DNA from: a virus
Reading direction: 5' to 3' (one strand)
Length of the DNA stretch: 58,819 bases
UHGV virus genome: UHGV-1363177
The notes beneath the pieces were generated by a model. It worked only from the letters and a program-made list of their open reading frames with translations. It was not told the origin of the DNA and did no database searches. A program made the translations under genes and the position numbers. Positions 37,344 to 46,803 of this stretch are shown in pieces. How positions within the stretch are numbered: the first letter of the stretch is position 1; each line of letters opens with the position of its first letter.

Positions 37344-38015
37344 TTACTCCTCAACTTCTCCAATACGATTCAGCAACCAGCCTCGCATGTACTTACGATA
37401 GTCACTGCGGCCATTAGTATTGAGACCAAGAGAGATATAGTGATTAACTTGGAGACCGTCAAGGGCACGACGCATACATTCAGTGTAGCGAGAATCATTC
37501 CCGATTTCCTGAAGTCTACGTCGAGTATTGGGACCAACAATACCATCAACATTGAGGTCAGCTCCAAACATATTCTTGTAGTTCAGAGCATTGCAAGCTC
37601 GCTGAATGAGCAGTGTAGTCTGCTTACGACCAAGGTTTACACTCTGGTCAAAAATTTCAAAAGCAAGAGGGAAGCTGGTAAGATTATCCAGCTCAAAAGG
37701 ATTCCAGAACTCCTGCTTGTACCAGCTACGAACATACTCATTGAGGTCTGCATTGTTTCGAATAGCAGACTTAAACTCAGATGTGTTAGCCCCGTGCAGG
37801 CGTTTCAGTTGGTCAACTATTTTCCAACCAGCCCAAGAAGGAAAGTTATTACGGGACACACCATACACTGTTTCACCACCAGTATCATTACAGTCGTTAC
37901 TGTAAGCACCTTCCAAGTCAAGAGTTTTCTTCAAAGCCTTATCAAAGGCACTATCACAAGATTCGTACATAGGTTTAAAATTTATTTCCACGTTAGAAGT
38001 TAGTGGGGTACCCAC
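37344..38015 (-). CDS. Endolysin: GH108-family lysozyme with a C-terminal peptidoglycan-binding domain
   Basis: N-terminal LDLEGAYSNDCNDTGGETVYGVS matches the GH108 catalytic motif (EGGYxNxxxDxGGxTxxG); C-terminal region resembles the PG_binding_3 domain usually attached to it. Confidence 0.75.
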   Translation of the reverse strand: MGTPLTSNVEINFKPMYESCDSAFDKALKKTLDLEGAYSNDCNDTGGETVYGVSRNNFPSWAGWKIVDQLKRLHGANTSEFKSAIRNNADLNEYVRSWYKQEFWNPFELDNLTSFPLAFEIFDQSVNLGRKQTTLLIQRACNALNYKNMFGADLNVDGIVGPNTRRRLQEIGNDSRYTECMRRALDGLQVNHYISLGLNTNGRSDYRKYMRGWLLNRIGEVEE

Positions 38016-38110
38016 CCAAAGTGCTTGCCCGCACCACCACGAACGAACAAGCAGATGGGTACCCTTCCCCGTAGGTCACACACACACGCTAAGGAGAAAC
38101 TTAGCTACAC

Positions 38111-38557
38111 TTACGCAGCGTTGGCATAAGTGACAGACTCAGACTTCTTGCTGAAGTCAACACCACCGGAGGTGAATGCCTGATACAGCATCGAAGCCAG
38201 CGAAGTAATCTGAGTGTGATTCAGCTTGAGGTCACCGATAGAGTCGATAGCCTCAATGGTCTCGTGCACAAAGCACGTACCACACACATCAGGAATCTTA
38301 TCACTGTGCCAAGTCTTCAGTACATTGTCCTTAACAACGTACTGACCAAACACATAGGTATTGTCCACAGGTTGCGTGTGTTCACAACCACAAGCGGGAC
38401 AAGCCTTGCTTTCACCCGTAGGCACAGGGAACCGGTACGGCTCACCAGTGTAGGGATTCTTACAATTCGGACAAATGTGCATCTGATACAGCGGATTGTC
38501 CAGAATCTTGACATCAATAGTCTGGCCAGCAATGTTCATAGAGGCAGGGTAAATCAT
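38111..38557 (-). CDS. Cys-rich hypothetical protein (148 aa)
   Basis: CPNCKNP...CPACGCEH...CGTCF cysteine clusters. Confidence 0.5.
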   Translation of the reverse strand: MIYPASMNIAGQTIDVKILDNPLYQMHICPNCKNPYTGEPYRFPVPTGESKACPACGCEHTQPVDNTYVFGQYVVKDNVLKTWHSDKIPDVCGTCFVHETIEAIDSIGDLKLNHTQITSLASMLYQAFTSGGVDFSKKSESVTYANAA

Positions 38558-38598
38558 GTTAATACCCTCCTTGTATGTTAAGGATTAAACAACCTGCG

Positions 38599-39582
38599 TT
38601 AGTTGGATTGCGACAACTCATCCGAGCTATCGCTTACAGGTTCGGAAGAAATGTTTTCAGTAACCAGTCCGTGAGCTTTACACCAGTCTTTATACTGGTT
38701 GCAGAACGGGGCTGCACTACAATAATCTTTACACCGACGACGGGTCGGAGGACGTTCCTCAATGCAAATGTCGCCAGTAAGATTCTTGTACTTGATGTAA
38801 GACTTAGCTTCTTCTTCAGTAGAGCACAGACGAATAGCTTTAGCAGCACCAGGTCGATACACAGCAAAGCAACCACCAGATTCCCAGCAGTACTCTTTAC
38901 TGCAATAAGGAAGCCGGTCATCAGGAATGCTTTCAGCTTCCACGTGCTCAGTCAGAAGAGAGCGGTAAAGATGTTCTCGGTCTTCCATTGACCAGCAAGG
39001 CATTTCAAAAGTAGTACAAGGAGCAGGAGGATACTCTCCTTCCTTTGCGTACTTCAGCTTAGAGTCACGCCAGTCCATGTAGATAGCATTGATAGCCACC
39101 TTCTCAACAGGATAACCTTCTTTCTCAAGAAAGTAAGCGTTAATCATAAGCTGCTTAATCCACTCATCCTTCATCTCTTTGCCATAGATGTAAGTAGTTG
39201 TGGTCTTGTGGTCAGAAAGAGTTTTAGTTTCCTTGTCGTAAGCATCGAACTTAGCACCCACTCGGCGGTAGTCTTGTTCAGTACCACCAATGGGTTTGTC
39301 GAAACGAATGATTCGCTTTTCGACAAGGTATCGAGGATTGTTCTTGAGTCTGTTCTCAAGGAAGTCGTGCATTGCGTGACCAGCAAAGGTGTACCAGATG
39401 TTGATAATCTCTGGTGTGCTCATCTCCTTTGCATGGCGCTGTTCAAGTTGAAGTTGACGAGGAGATTTGCAAAGTCGAGTAGCACTGTATTCGAACATGC
39501 GGTCACCATCTTCACTATGGAGGTCGGTGTACAGTGCGTCTTTAATAATCTGAGGGATAACTTCTTCTTTATATTTAGCCAT
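38599..39582 (-). CDS. Putative PD-(D/E)xK-family exonuclease with a C-terminal Cys cluster (Cas4/RecB-nuclease-like)
   Basis: Size, position in the replication module, and C-terminal C...YC...C / CKDYC...C clusters reminiscent of Fe-S Cas4-like nucleases; catalytic motif not unambiguously located. Confidence 0.4.
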   Translation of the reverse strand: MAKYKEEVIPQIIKDALYTDLHSEDGDRMFEYSATRLCKSPRQLQLEQRHAKEMSTPEIINIWYTFAGHAMHDFLENRLKNNPRYLVEKRIIRFDKPIGGTEQDYRRVGAKFDAYDKETKTLSDHKTTTTYIYGKEMKDEWIKQLMINAYFLEKEGYPVEKVAINAIYMDWRDSKLKYAKEGEYPPAPCTTFEMPCWSMEDREHLYRSLLTEHVEAESIPDDRLPYCSKEYCWESGGCFAVYRPGAAKAIRLCSTEEEAKSYIKYKNLTGDICIEERPPTRRRCKDYCSAAPFCNQYKDWCKAHGLVTENISSEPVSDSSDELSQSN

Positions 39583-39703
39583 GTGAGGAATACCTTAGAG
39601 ACTAGAAAACCCCACAAGTGTATAGAGGAATTGACTGTTTACGTTTTATCACATTCTACAATATACACCTGCGGGGTTATTAGTGGGAACTAGTTAGGCA
39701 AGA

Positions 39704-40174
39704 TTAGAAGGGCACGCGCTGTGCTTCCGTCTGGGGCTGAAGGAATGCAGGAAGCTTAGCATCCATGCTCGCAGTACTCACGGGCTGACTATACTGGGGA
39801 CGACTAGCAGCCTGCACCATCTCGTAAGCCTTGACCTGCTCATCAGTCAGAGGCTCGTAAGTGGGGTTGTTGTCCTCAAGCTTGGCAATGGAAATCCACC
39901 GCCAATACTTACCTTCGCGTTCGCTCTTAATGTCGAACATATCGCCGGGCTGAGCAGCCTTCTGGAAGAACTGCACAACAGACTGACCGGGGCGCGTAAT
40001 ACCGCGCTCGATAACGGTGATAGCCTGATTGCTAAACAGCGTCTTCTGATAAGGCGTGTCCGGCTCACCCTGGAAGCCCTTCTTCCTACCAGTGACAACG
40101 AAGCCACTGTACTTCTTACCAGACTGACCCACCAAATCATGTTTCTCTTCAATGTTCTCGAATATAAACCACAT
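39704..40174 (-). CDS. Putative ssDNA-binding protein (156 aa), ends in C-terminal Phe
   Basis: Position next to the DNA polymerase; the terminal ...QRVPF recalls the essential C-terminal Phe of T7 gp2.5. Weak evidence. Confidence 0.3.
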   Translation of the reverse strand: MWFIFENIEEKHDLVGQSGKKYSGFVVTGRKKGFQGEPDTPYQKTLFSNQAITVIERGITRPGQSVVQFFQKAAQPGDMFDIKSEREGKYWRWISIAKLEDNNPTYEPLTDEQVKAYEMVQAASRPQYSQPVSTASMDAKLPAFLQPQTEAQRVPF

Positions 40175-40204
40175 GGTTATATCTCTCTTTATTAAAATCT
40201 TTAT

Positions 40205-40399
40205 CTAGGCAAGCTTCACATCTGTAATGTGAAAGTGCATACCCCAATTCTTATAAGCAATGAACTTAGCTTCGTCAAGAGACTTGGCTTGTACACAACT
40301 ACAAGTATCTTTACCTGTGCGCTTTTCTTTAAGGTATACACTATAGGATTCCTTCTGCCATCTAGGCTTTTCAGAAGTACCTTTGTTCTTGTCAGACAT
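40205..40399 (-). CDS. Small hypothetical protein (64 aa)
   Basis: ORF between the SSB-like gene and the DNA polymerase. Confidence 0.4.
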   Translation of the reverse strand: MSDKNKGTSEKPRWQKESYSVYLKEKRTGKDTCSCVQAKSLDEAKFIAYKNWGMHFHITDVKLA

Positions 40400-40431
40400 A
40401 ATAACACTTACTCCTTAAGGTGTCAAGAGAT

Positions 40432-42468
40432 TTAAGCACAAATTTTTTGAAGTGTGTCAACTATTATTTTCGGCATGGTAGTATCAATACAGAAGAACCA
40501 ATCAATATTATTCTTGGTAACTTCACTAGCCTTGTACTCCATGTACAAGTCACCATAAGTTCTACCCAAGGCTACTTCGGAAGTAAGGGGAACTTCAATC
40601 TCCCAACCAAAGTACTCTTTAGACAACTCAGGCAGTCGTTCAAATGTGTCAGCACAAATCTTAGAGACAACGTACACTTCTTCCTTAGGACAGTCCCACA
40701 CGAGAGAGTCGTGTACCTGAAGGATAAGACGTGACTTCAGTCCAAGAGAACGCACCTTACGCCAGATGTTTACCATTGCAAGGAACATCAGGTCAGCACT
40801 GATACTCTGCACAGGATAGTTACAGATGTCATTGAGATTGTAACCGAGAGGTCCTTTCTCTTCATCAGTGTTGTAATCAAAGGTGAGGAATCGTCCACTA
40901 GGATTGCGAAGAAAGTTTTCTTTGTTGACAATCTTTTCATTCCGAAGCTGCCAAGAACGAAGGCCTTTGTACTTGTCGTAGAATCCGGGCACAATCTTCT
41001 GCCAACGTTCAAGAGAGTAACGAGGCATACTCCCATCGTAATAGAAAGCTTTAGGCTTTCCATTGTACAGCATTCGGAAGTTAAAGATTTTAGCTGTAGT
41101 ACGAATCTTCTTGAAAGGTTTGGACTTTACATCCAGATGAGCACCATTGAACCAACGCTGAGCACTATCTGTGTGAACATCAAAGCCATGACGAATCTCG
41201 TCACACATGATGGGGTCATGACTCAGAGCAGCAGCAGTACGCCACTCAATCTGAGACAAGTCAGCGTTAACAATGTAGTCATATCTAGGAATGATAAGTT
41301 TCTTCAAGGGTGAAGTTGTACCCCTAGGAAAGTTCTGACCATTAGGATTAGAAGAACTGAGACGACCAGTGCAAGTAACGCTCTGGTTAAAATTGGGGTG
41401 CAATCGTTTATCACCACCAAGCTTACGCAGTAGTCCACTCTCACTGTTAGATGAACTCCACAGTGTAGAGTACACCTTCTGTGCGTTAGCTCGTTCTTCT
41501 AGCTTTTTATAAAACAGCTCTTGTTGGTCAGTGTCACAGTGCAGAAGCTGTCTAGCTTTCTTTCCTGTACTGTACTTCCCAGTCTTTGCACTCTTGGTAG
41601 CTTCGTGAGGAGTAAATCCTACACCATCAATGTGCTGCAAGTACTCAGCCTTTCTGGTGTACACACGAAAGGTTCCATTTTTTCGTTGCTTTGCAACCAG
41701 TTCTTGCACAGTACGTTTAATAGTACCACCGTACATCACAGCGTACAGTTGGTCTGAGCTACTGGGAGAGAACTCTACACCAGCAATGTCGCACAGTTCT
41801 TTATTGAGAACTTGAAGCTTTTCATCGTACTCGTGTACGTACTGCTTAGCTGACTCCGCATCAAATTCGACACCTTCGTACTCTACTTCAGAAAGAATCT
41901 TTGACAGTTCGAAAGTGAGATAAGCTACTTTTTCTAAGCCAGCTTTCTTTATCTGTTCGAACTGGTCGAGAAACAAATCTCTTGTCAAGCTTACGTCCTG
42001 AATGAGATACTTTCTGTGTAAGTCCCAAGGAATCTCGTCAGTCTCGTAACCATTCTCCCAATACTCGTGCATAGCATCTACCTTCTGGCCGTAGCCTCGA
42101 CGTGCTGCACAAGCATTAAGACTCAGGGGTATCTTAGGATTCTGTCCAACAAGCAAGTACTCTGCAAGCATGGTGCACCAGATGTTCTTGTTGTCGAACT
42201 TAATACCCATCTTACGAAACCAGCCAAGGTCATGCTTGGCATTGTGAAATACAAGTAGGTCAGCTTGGTCTACCGCTTTTTGAATGGCGTCAACCATCTC
42301 ACAATGGTCTCGTATAGGTTCGCTAACGTGATTAAACAACCAAGCTTTATCTGTGTTATCATTATCTACTGCTCCCACGGAACATAGGTACGAATCAGGA
42401 TGCCAAGGTGTGTGCCGAGGAATCTTTGTTGATTCTGTGTCTAGTACTAGGTAAGGAAAGTTAATCAT
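40432..42468 (-). CDS. DNA polymerase, family A, with 3'-5' exonuclease domain
   Basis: Exo I LVLDTEST, Exo II FHNAKHD; Pol motif A DLSQIEWR, motif B RTTAKIFNFRMLYNG, motif C QVHDS. Confidence 0.9.
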   Translation of the reverse strand: MINFPYLVLDTESTKIPRHTPWHPDSYLCSVGAVDNDNTDKAWLFNHVSEPIRDHCEMVDAIQKAVDQADLLVFHNAKHDLGWFRKMGIKFDNKNIWCTMLAEYLLVGQNPKIPLSLNACAARRGYGQKVDAMHEYWENGYETDEIPWDLHRKYLIQDVSLTRDLFLDQFEQIKKAGLEKVAYLTFELSKILSEVEYEGVEFDAESAKQYVHEYDEKLQVLNKELCDIAGVEFSPSSSDQLYAVMYGGTIKRTVQELVAKQRKNGTFRVYTRKAEYLQHIDGVGFTPHEATKSAKTGKYSTGKKARQLLHCDTDQQELFYKKLEERANAQKVYSTLWSSSNSESGLLRKLGGDKRLHPNFNQSVTCTGRLSSSNPNGQNFPRGTTSPLKKLIIPRYDYIVNADLSQIEWRTAAALSHDPIMCDEIRHGFDVHTDSAQRWFNGAHLDVKSKPFKKIRTTAKIFNFRMLYNGKPKAFYYDGSMPRYSLERWQKIVPGFYDKYKGLRSWQLRNEKIVNKENFLRNPSGRFLTFDYNTDEEKGPLGYNLNDICNYPVQSISADLMFLAMVNIWRKVRSLGLKSRLILQVHDSLVWDCPKEEVYVVSKICADTFERLPELSKEYFGWEIEVPLTSEVALGRTYGDLYMEYKASEVTKNNIDWFFCIDTTMPKIIVDTLQKICA

Positions 42469-42484
42469 GAGAACTTACTTATTG

Positions 42485-43810
42485 TTAAGGTCCAAGACAA
42501 AGGGGCTTGGAATAAGTATAGTCACTACCAAGCTCATTGTAAATAGGCTCGGAGTATCTTGCACGAGTGGGGTCAAAGGTTACCTCAATCTTAGCGTGCA
42601 TACCTGTGCCAAGTTTGTTCTTGCAAAGGTGCAAGTACCGTAAGTTCTCTTGGTCAGTGTGCATGTCATCAAGCTTCTTCCCGATGCCAATGATGTAGTC
42701 AAACTCACCGGGCTTAAGTGTCTTACTACCATCAAGGTCAGAAGGCATAAGCCACTTCTTATTCTCTGCTGTTACAGATGCCTGACCAACTGTGATAATG
42801 TGCACATCAAACTTCTTAGCTAGTTCTCGAAGCTTAGCATAGATAGCTTGAAGACGTTGGACATCTCCCATCTTTGCCATGCCTTTGAAGTGCAGCTTAT
42901 CTGCTTGGTCAATCACGCACACACGCACGTTGTACGTTTCGAACAGAGCTTTAATGTCATCAACGTCGATGATGGCTTCATCGAAGAGGTGAAGCTTCTC
43001 ACCACCCAGACGTTGGAACTCTTCCTTACACTTGTCTGTGTGAGTCTCTAGGATTTCTTGGGGAACATTGAGGAGGGATTGATAGAAGCGAGCCATAAGT
43101 TTTTCTCCATCTTCTTCGTTGTTAAGATGAAGAAGGATTTCACCCTCTTTGAGTTGGCTAATCCAGAACGACTCTTCGGAGAAAAGAAAGGATGTCTTCC
43201 CTGTGTCGGGACGAGCGAAGATGTGGCCAAGAGTCTTACCTCGAATTTCACCAAGGTGCTCATTAAGGCCAGAGATGCGCCACAAAAGGCCGGGCTTTTC
43301 TTTCTTCTTTGCAACCAGTTCGGAAATGTCTGTAGTTACAAAGTTAAAGTTTTTCTTTTGAAGACGCAGCTTCAAGTTTCCGTACTGTTCACACAAATCG
43401 GAAACAGAATCAAGTACACCAGCAGAATTATCCTCAAGAGATTCGGAAATCTTAAAGAGGATTTCACTACTGAAATACTTTTCAAGTATACTATTAAAGT
43501 TCTCTTCAACCAGTTCGGAATTGAGATTGATTTCCCCAAGCTTCTCGAACAAGGTAGAAAAGATGTTCCTCTTGCGAACGAGAGGATTACGCATACTGTT
43601 GTAAAGCAATAGCTCCTCAACTTCGATGACATCCTTGCTAGGATATTCTTTGAAGTATTCTTCAATGGACTTAAGCAATAGCTCAGTCTCAGGTTCGAAG
43701 TTTAGCTCTTTTACATAGAAGCTGTACTTGTCGAAGTGCTCGCGCACAAGCAGGAACTTTATGAGGGTGAGTTCCTGCACGAGTTCGGAAGGAGAATTTT
43801 GTTCGGACAT
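42485..43810 (-). CDS. DnaB-like replicative helicase (T7 gp4 helicase-domain type, no primase domain)
   Basis: Walker A GHIFARPDTGKTSFL; RecA-like DnaB C-terminal domain; 441 aa. Confidence 0.8.
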   Translation of the reverse strand: MSEQNSPSELVQELTLIKFLLVREHFDKYSFYVKELNFEPETELLLKSIEEYFKEYPSKDVIEVEELLLYNSMRNPLVRKRNIFSTLFEKLGEINLNSELVEENFNSILEKYFSSEILFKISESLEDNSAGVLDSVSDLCEQYGNLKLRLQKKNFNFVTTDISELVAKKKEKPGLLWRISGLNEHLGEIRGKTLGHIFARPDTGKTSFLFSEESFWISQLKEGEILLHLNNEEDGEKLMARFYQSLLNVPQEILETHTDKCKEEFQRLGGEKLHLFDEAIIDVDDIKALFETYNVRVCVIDQADKLHFKGMAKMGDVQRLQAIYAKLRELAKKFDVHIITVGQASVTAENKKWLMPSDLDGSKTLKPGEFDYIIGIGKKLDDMHTDQENLRYLHLCKNKLGTGMHAKIEVTFDPTRARYSEPIYNELGSDYTYSKPLCLGP

Positions 43811-43920
43811 AATTTAGTACCATCAAAGTAAGGCTAAAGTTTTCTTTAAGCTTCCTTTAAGGTAAATCATTTTAGTTTAATGTAAATACCTTTAAAGAAA
43901 CTTTAGAGAACTTTACTCAC

Positions 43921-43985
43921 ATTTAAGGAGGCCCCTTAAAGGGCCTCCTTAAATATTAACCTAATTCTCCTAATTCTTTCTTCTA
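43921..43985. promoter_or_regulatory. Second copy of the conserved hairpin (ATTTAAGGAGGCCC/GGGCCTCCTTAAAT, 14-bp stem) plus the box TTAACCTAATTCTCCTAATTCTTTCTT
   Basis: Same architecture as 595-660 with compensatory stem changes; in the 295-bp AT-rich intergenic region upstream of the helicase, which also holds TATATTATATTATATAATATATA and several CTTTAAAG palindromes. Confidence 0.6.
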
Positions 43986-44105
43986 TAGCACTTTAAAGGT
44001 TTACTTTAATATATATTATATTATATAATATATACATCAAAGTAATTCTTTAAAGTACCATAAAGGAAGGAGCTCAGAAACTTGGACTATTCTCGAACTC
44101 CTTCC

Positions 44106-44366
44106 TCATGCCGCACTTGCCAACAACGTCTCGCTCGGCAACCGTAAGTTTGGCTGCTCAAACGGAGGGTCCCTACCCGGACTTCGCACAACACCGAACT
44201 GCTCCGCCAGTTCTTTGTCACTCTTGGTACTGAGCCAAGAGATGTACCACTGCATCATGGGAGGCCACTTGCCAAACGCTCGTTTGTATTCCCTGCACTT
44301 ACTGTCAGGGTACAGGGGAGCCAGACGATTAACCGACGCGACGGAGAAGTTGTGAATCTTAGCCAT
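44106..44366 (-). CDS. Hypothetical protein (86 aa), GC-rich codon usage
   Basis: First of five compositionally distinct small ORFs between helicase and primase; 9-bp hairpin over its stop. Confidence 0.45.
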   Translation of the reverse strand: MAKIHNFSVASVNRLAPLYPDSKCREYKRAFGKWPPMMQWYISWLSTKSDKELAEQFGVVRSPGRDPPFEQPNLRLPSETLLASAA

Positions 44367-44368
44367 GA

Positions 44369-44779
44369 TTAGTCCTCCTCGTAAGTCTTGAGTTCAACGG
44401 GGTCAACATTCTTGAGCAGCTCATCGAACCGCGCCTTGGCAACTTCGTACTCCTTCTTGATGTTCATAAGCTGCTCACACAAAGGCTCGATGTCATTGAA
44501 GGAGATGCAGATGTCACTGTCTCGGCAGCTATTGCCGGTCTGATTCAGGACACAGTAGCGAATGTTGCTGTCTACCTTCGCACCATTGTTGGCATAGCCC
44601 GGAGTGGCAGCGTACACCGTCAGCAACTGACTCTTGCAGGTCTGGGTATTCGTGTTCGTCACGATGGCACCGCCCATCTGCTTGCCATACTTGTTGGAGG
44701 CTTCACACAGGGAGTCCAGTTCGATGTACTTGGAAGTCTTGTTATCGTTCAGCTTGTTGAAGATATTGATGTCAGCCAT
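44369..44779 (-). CDS. Hypothetical Cys-containing protein (136 aa)
   Basis: ORF in the GC-rich islet. Confidence 0.45.
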   Translation of the reverse strand: MADINIFNKLNDNKTSKYIELDSLCEASNKYGKQMGGAIVTNTNTQTCKSQLLTVYAATPGYANNGAKVDSNIRYCVLNQTGNSCRDSDICISFNDIEPLCEQLMNIKKEYEVAKARFDELLKNVDPVELKTYEED

Positions 44780-44810
44780 GATAATTACCTCCTAGTGTTT
44801 GATGTTATGG

Positions 44811-45149
44811 TTAGTTGTTCTGGATGTCGAGATGTTTGCAGAGCTTTTCGTTAGCTTCCGCAATAGCCAGCAGCGAGTTGGCGAGCTCTCGAAGCTCTTC
44901 AGGAGCGATGCGGACATACTTTCTCTTAGCCTTATCACTATAGACAGGCTCTTCGAAATACGAAATGACCACGGCATCCAGCTTGGCGCAGGTGTCACAA
45001 AGAACCTTGAGAGGTCGAAGGTCTCTGGCAGGGCCATTCGATTTCACGATGGCATCTTCGTAAGACAGGAAGTACTCCTCAATCGCAGCGATAGGAGTAC
45101 CGGAGCTACGGATTTTATCGAACTCCTCAATCGTCATGTGCTTACTCAT
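44811..45149 (-). CDS. Hypothetical protein (112 aa)
   Basis: ORF in the GC-rich islet. Confidence 0.45.
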   Translation of the reverse strand: MSKHMTIEEFDKIRSSGTPIAAIEEYFLSYEDAIVKSNGPARDLRPLKVLCDTCAKLDAVVISYFEEPVYSDKAKRKYVRIAPEELRELANSLLAIAEANEKLCKHLDIQNN

Positions 45150-45180
45150 GTTACTTACCTCCTTTAAAGGTAAAGGTTAA

Positions 45181-45220
45181 GCCCCCAAGAGTACTTAAAC
45201 TCAAGGGGGCTTTCTTGTTT
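45181..45220. terminator. Hairpin GCCCCCAAGAG...CTCAAGGGGGC followed by TTTCTTGTTT (T-tract is on the plus strand)
   Basis: 11-bp stem. The T-run on the plus strand inside a minus-strand operon suggests an antisense or bidirectional terminator. Confidence 0.55.
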
Positions 45221-45232
45221 CAGAAGGGGCTA

Positions 45233-45589
45233 CTAGTCCTCGGCTTCTTCGTTCCGAAGATTTTCGATACCCTTCAGCACCACGTCACGCTGGGACTTGG
45301 TGTTGGCGATGAGCTTGAAGAACTTGTCCACAAACTCTTCGGGGATTACAACCTCGCGGTTGCAGTAGTCGTTCACCAGCTTAATACAAAGTTCCTTGTC
45401 CGCAGTAAACGTCACAGTGACGAACTGACTACAGCTAATAACCTCATCATTAGGCATGGCAAGGAAACCCCCACACGAGCAGAGGTAGTTCTTTTCGAGA
45501 AGGTCAATGGCCGTCTCACAGGTAACGAACATTTTGTCGTGGTCTTTATGCTTATTCAGCTCATCTTTCATCTTGGTCACGTCACGCAT
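45233..45589 (-). CDS. Hypothetical Cys-rich protein (118 aa)
   Basis: ORF in the GC-rich islet. Confidence 0.45.
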   Translation of the reverse strand: MRDVTKMKDELNKHKDHDKMFVTCETAIDLLEKNYLCSCGGFLAMPNDEVISCSQFVTVTFTADKELCIKLVNDYCNREVVIPEEFVDKFFKLIANTKSQRDVVLKGIENLRNEEAED

Positions 45590-45693
45590 GTGTCTTTCTC
45601 CTTTCTATCTGTTGAGGTTAAGTAATAAAGAAAGCCTAGCTACTAGTCCGAAACTTAATCCAGACTTTCACTAGGCTTCATGGGATGGGGAGG

Positions 45694-45870
45694 TTAGCAA
45701 GCGAAAACCGTAACCATTTCACGAATGCGTCGCCAGCCATTGCGAGCATTGGCCACGGTCAAGAAGGCATTGTGCAGGAACTTGAAGAACTGTCGGCCAG
45801 CGTACAACAGCTTGGCCCACAGCGTGGGAGGAGGGAAATATTTCTGAATGTTCTTACGACTGTAGCTCAT
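45694..45870 (-). CDS. Small basic hypothetical protein (about 58 aa)
   Basis: ORF; internal ATG chosen. Confidence 0.3.
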   Translation of the reverse strand: MSYSRKNIQKYFPPPTLWAKLLYAGRQFFKFLHNAFLTVANARNGWRRIREMVTVFAC

Positions 45871-46762
45871 GGTCTTTCTCCTTTTCATTGCAAGAGAGGA
45901 ACTCCTCAATCTTGGTTGGTGTGTATTCCTTGGGGTCTTTTGTGGTGATGATGGATTTTGCCTTAATGCCGAAGGCGTTGAGACGCTTTGAGTAACGACG
46001 GCTCTTGCACTGTTTGTCTAGGTCAAGCCACACGCAGACTTGCTTACCCTCCGATTGTAACCTCGTGAGCATCTCGTCACTTAGAAAGCAACCAAGGAGT
46101 GCAACGGCACGGTAGCCGGGTACCCTCGATACTGCAATAGCGCTCAGGATGTCTTCGACAAGAACCAATGTGCTTTCATTAGCACCTCCTGTATCAAACC
46201 AAACTTCGGTTCGTTTGCTACGAGTGTTGATGTACTTGGGAGAGCCAGAGTTATTTCCAAAGTATCTCCCTTGCCAGTACACAAGGCTACCACCTCGGTA
46301 GACTGGCAATATCAACCGCTCATAAGATTCACTCCACATGAAGTTGTATTTCTGTATCTCCTCCTTTGTCACATTGTACTGATTCAGCCAGAGCTGCGCT
46401 CGTGTGGGTAACTCCCTCGTGACATCATAAGGGAGAGTCACAAATTGTACGTCGCAGTTCCTGTACTCAGGACCACTGCTCTTAGCTGACTTGCGCTTAC
46501 GAAGACACCAAGTACTCGGACTGCTCATGGCTTCCTTGGCTGTTCGTAAACATCTGGTAATACCGGGAGTCTTACTCCTGACAAACCTCTTTGCGTGACA
46601 CCTATGACAGAACATGAGGAACCCACGTTCAGTCCGGGTCACAATGAAACCTTTACGACCCACGTCTTCGTTGCAGAACGGACAGTGTGCGTATCGTACA
46701 GCTTGACCTATTGGTTGATGGGTGTCAAGGTATTCATCGGGGACAAGAGAAAAGTTTGACAT
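45854..46762 (-). CDS. DNA primase (zinc-binding domain plus TOPRIM), T7 gp4 primase-domain type
   Basis: N-terminal CPFC...CHRCH zinc ribbon; TOPRIM-like acidic motifs VLVEDILSA and WLDLDKQ; a separate gene from the helicase. Confidence 0.7.
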   Translation of the reverse strand: MSNFSLVPDEYLDTHQPIGQAVRYAHCPFCNEDVGRKGFIVTRTERGFLMFCHRCHAKRFVRSKTPGITRCLRTAKEAMSSPSTWCLRKRKSAKSSGPEYRNCDVQFVTLPYDVTRELPTRAQLWLNQYNVTKEEIQKYNFMWSESYERLILPVYRGGSLVYWQGRYFGNNSGSPKYINTRSKRTEVWFDTGGANESTLVLVEDILSAIAVSRVPGYRAVALLGCFLSDEMLTRLQSEGKQVCVWLDLDKQCKSRRYSKRLNAFGIKAKSIITTKDPKEYTPTKIEEFLSCNEKEKDHELQS

Positions 46763-46803
46763 GAGACTTAAACCTCCGGTTCAATGTGGTATTTATACCA
46801 CAG

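Noticed and set aside
39704-40174. Calling this ORF a bona fide T7 gp2.5 homologue
   Set aside because: Apart from position and a C-terminal Phe there is no sequence resemblance to gp2.5 and the tail is not acidic. It is left as a low-confidence SSB-like call only.
44041-44105. tRNA-like fragment (GGAGCTCAG...TCTCGAACTCC)
   Set aside because: The D-arm-like and T-loop-like strings do not pair into a cloverleaf, and CTCGAAC is not a TPsiC consensus. It is better explained as a 9-bp-stem hairpin overlapping the stop of 44106..44366. No convincing tRNA was found anywhere in the window.
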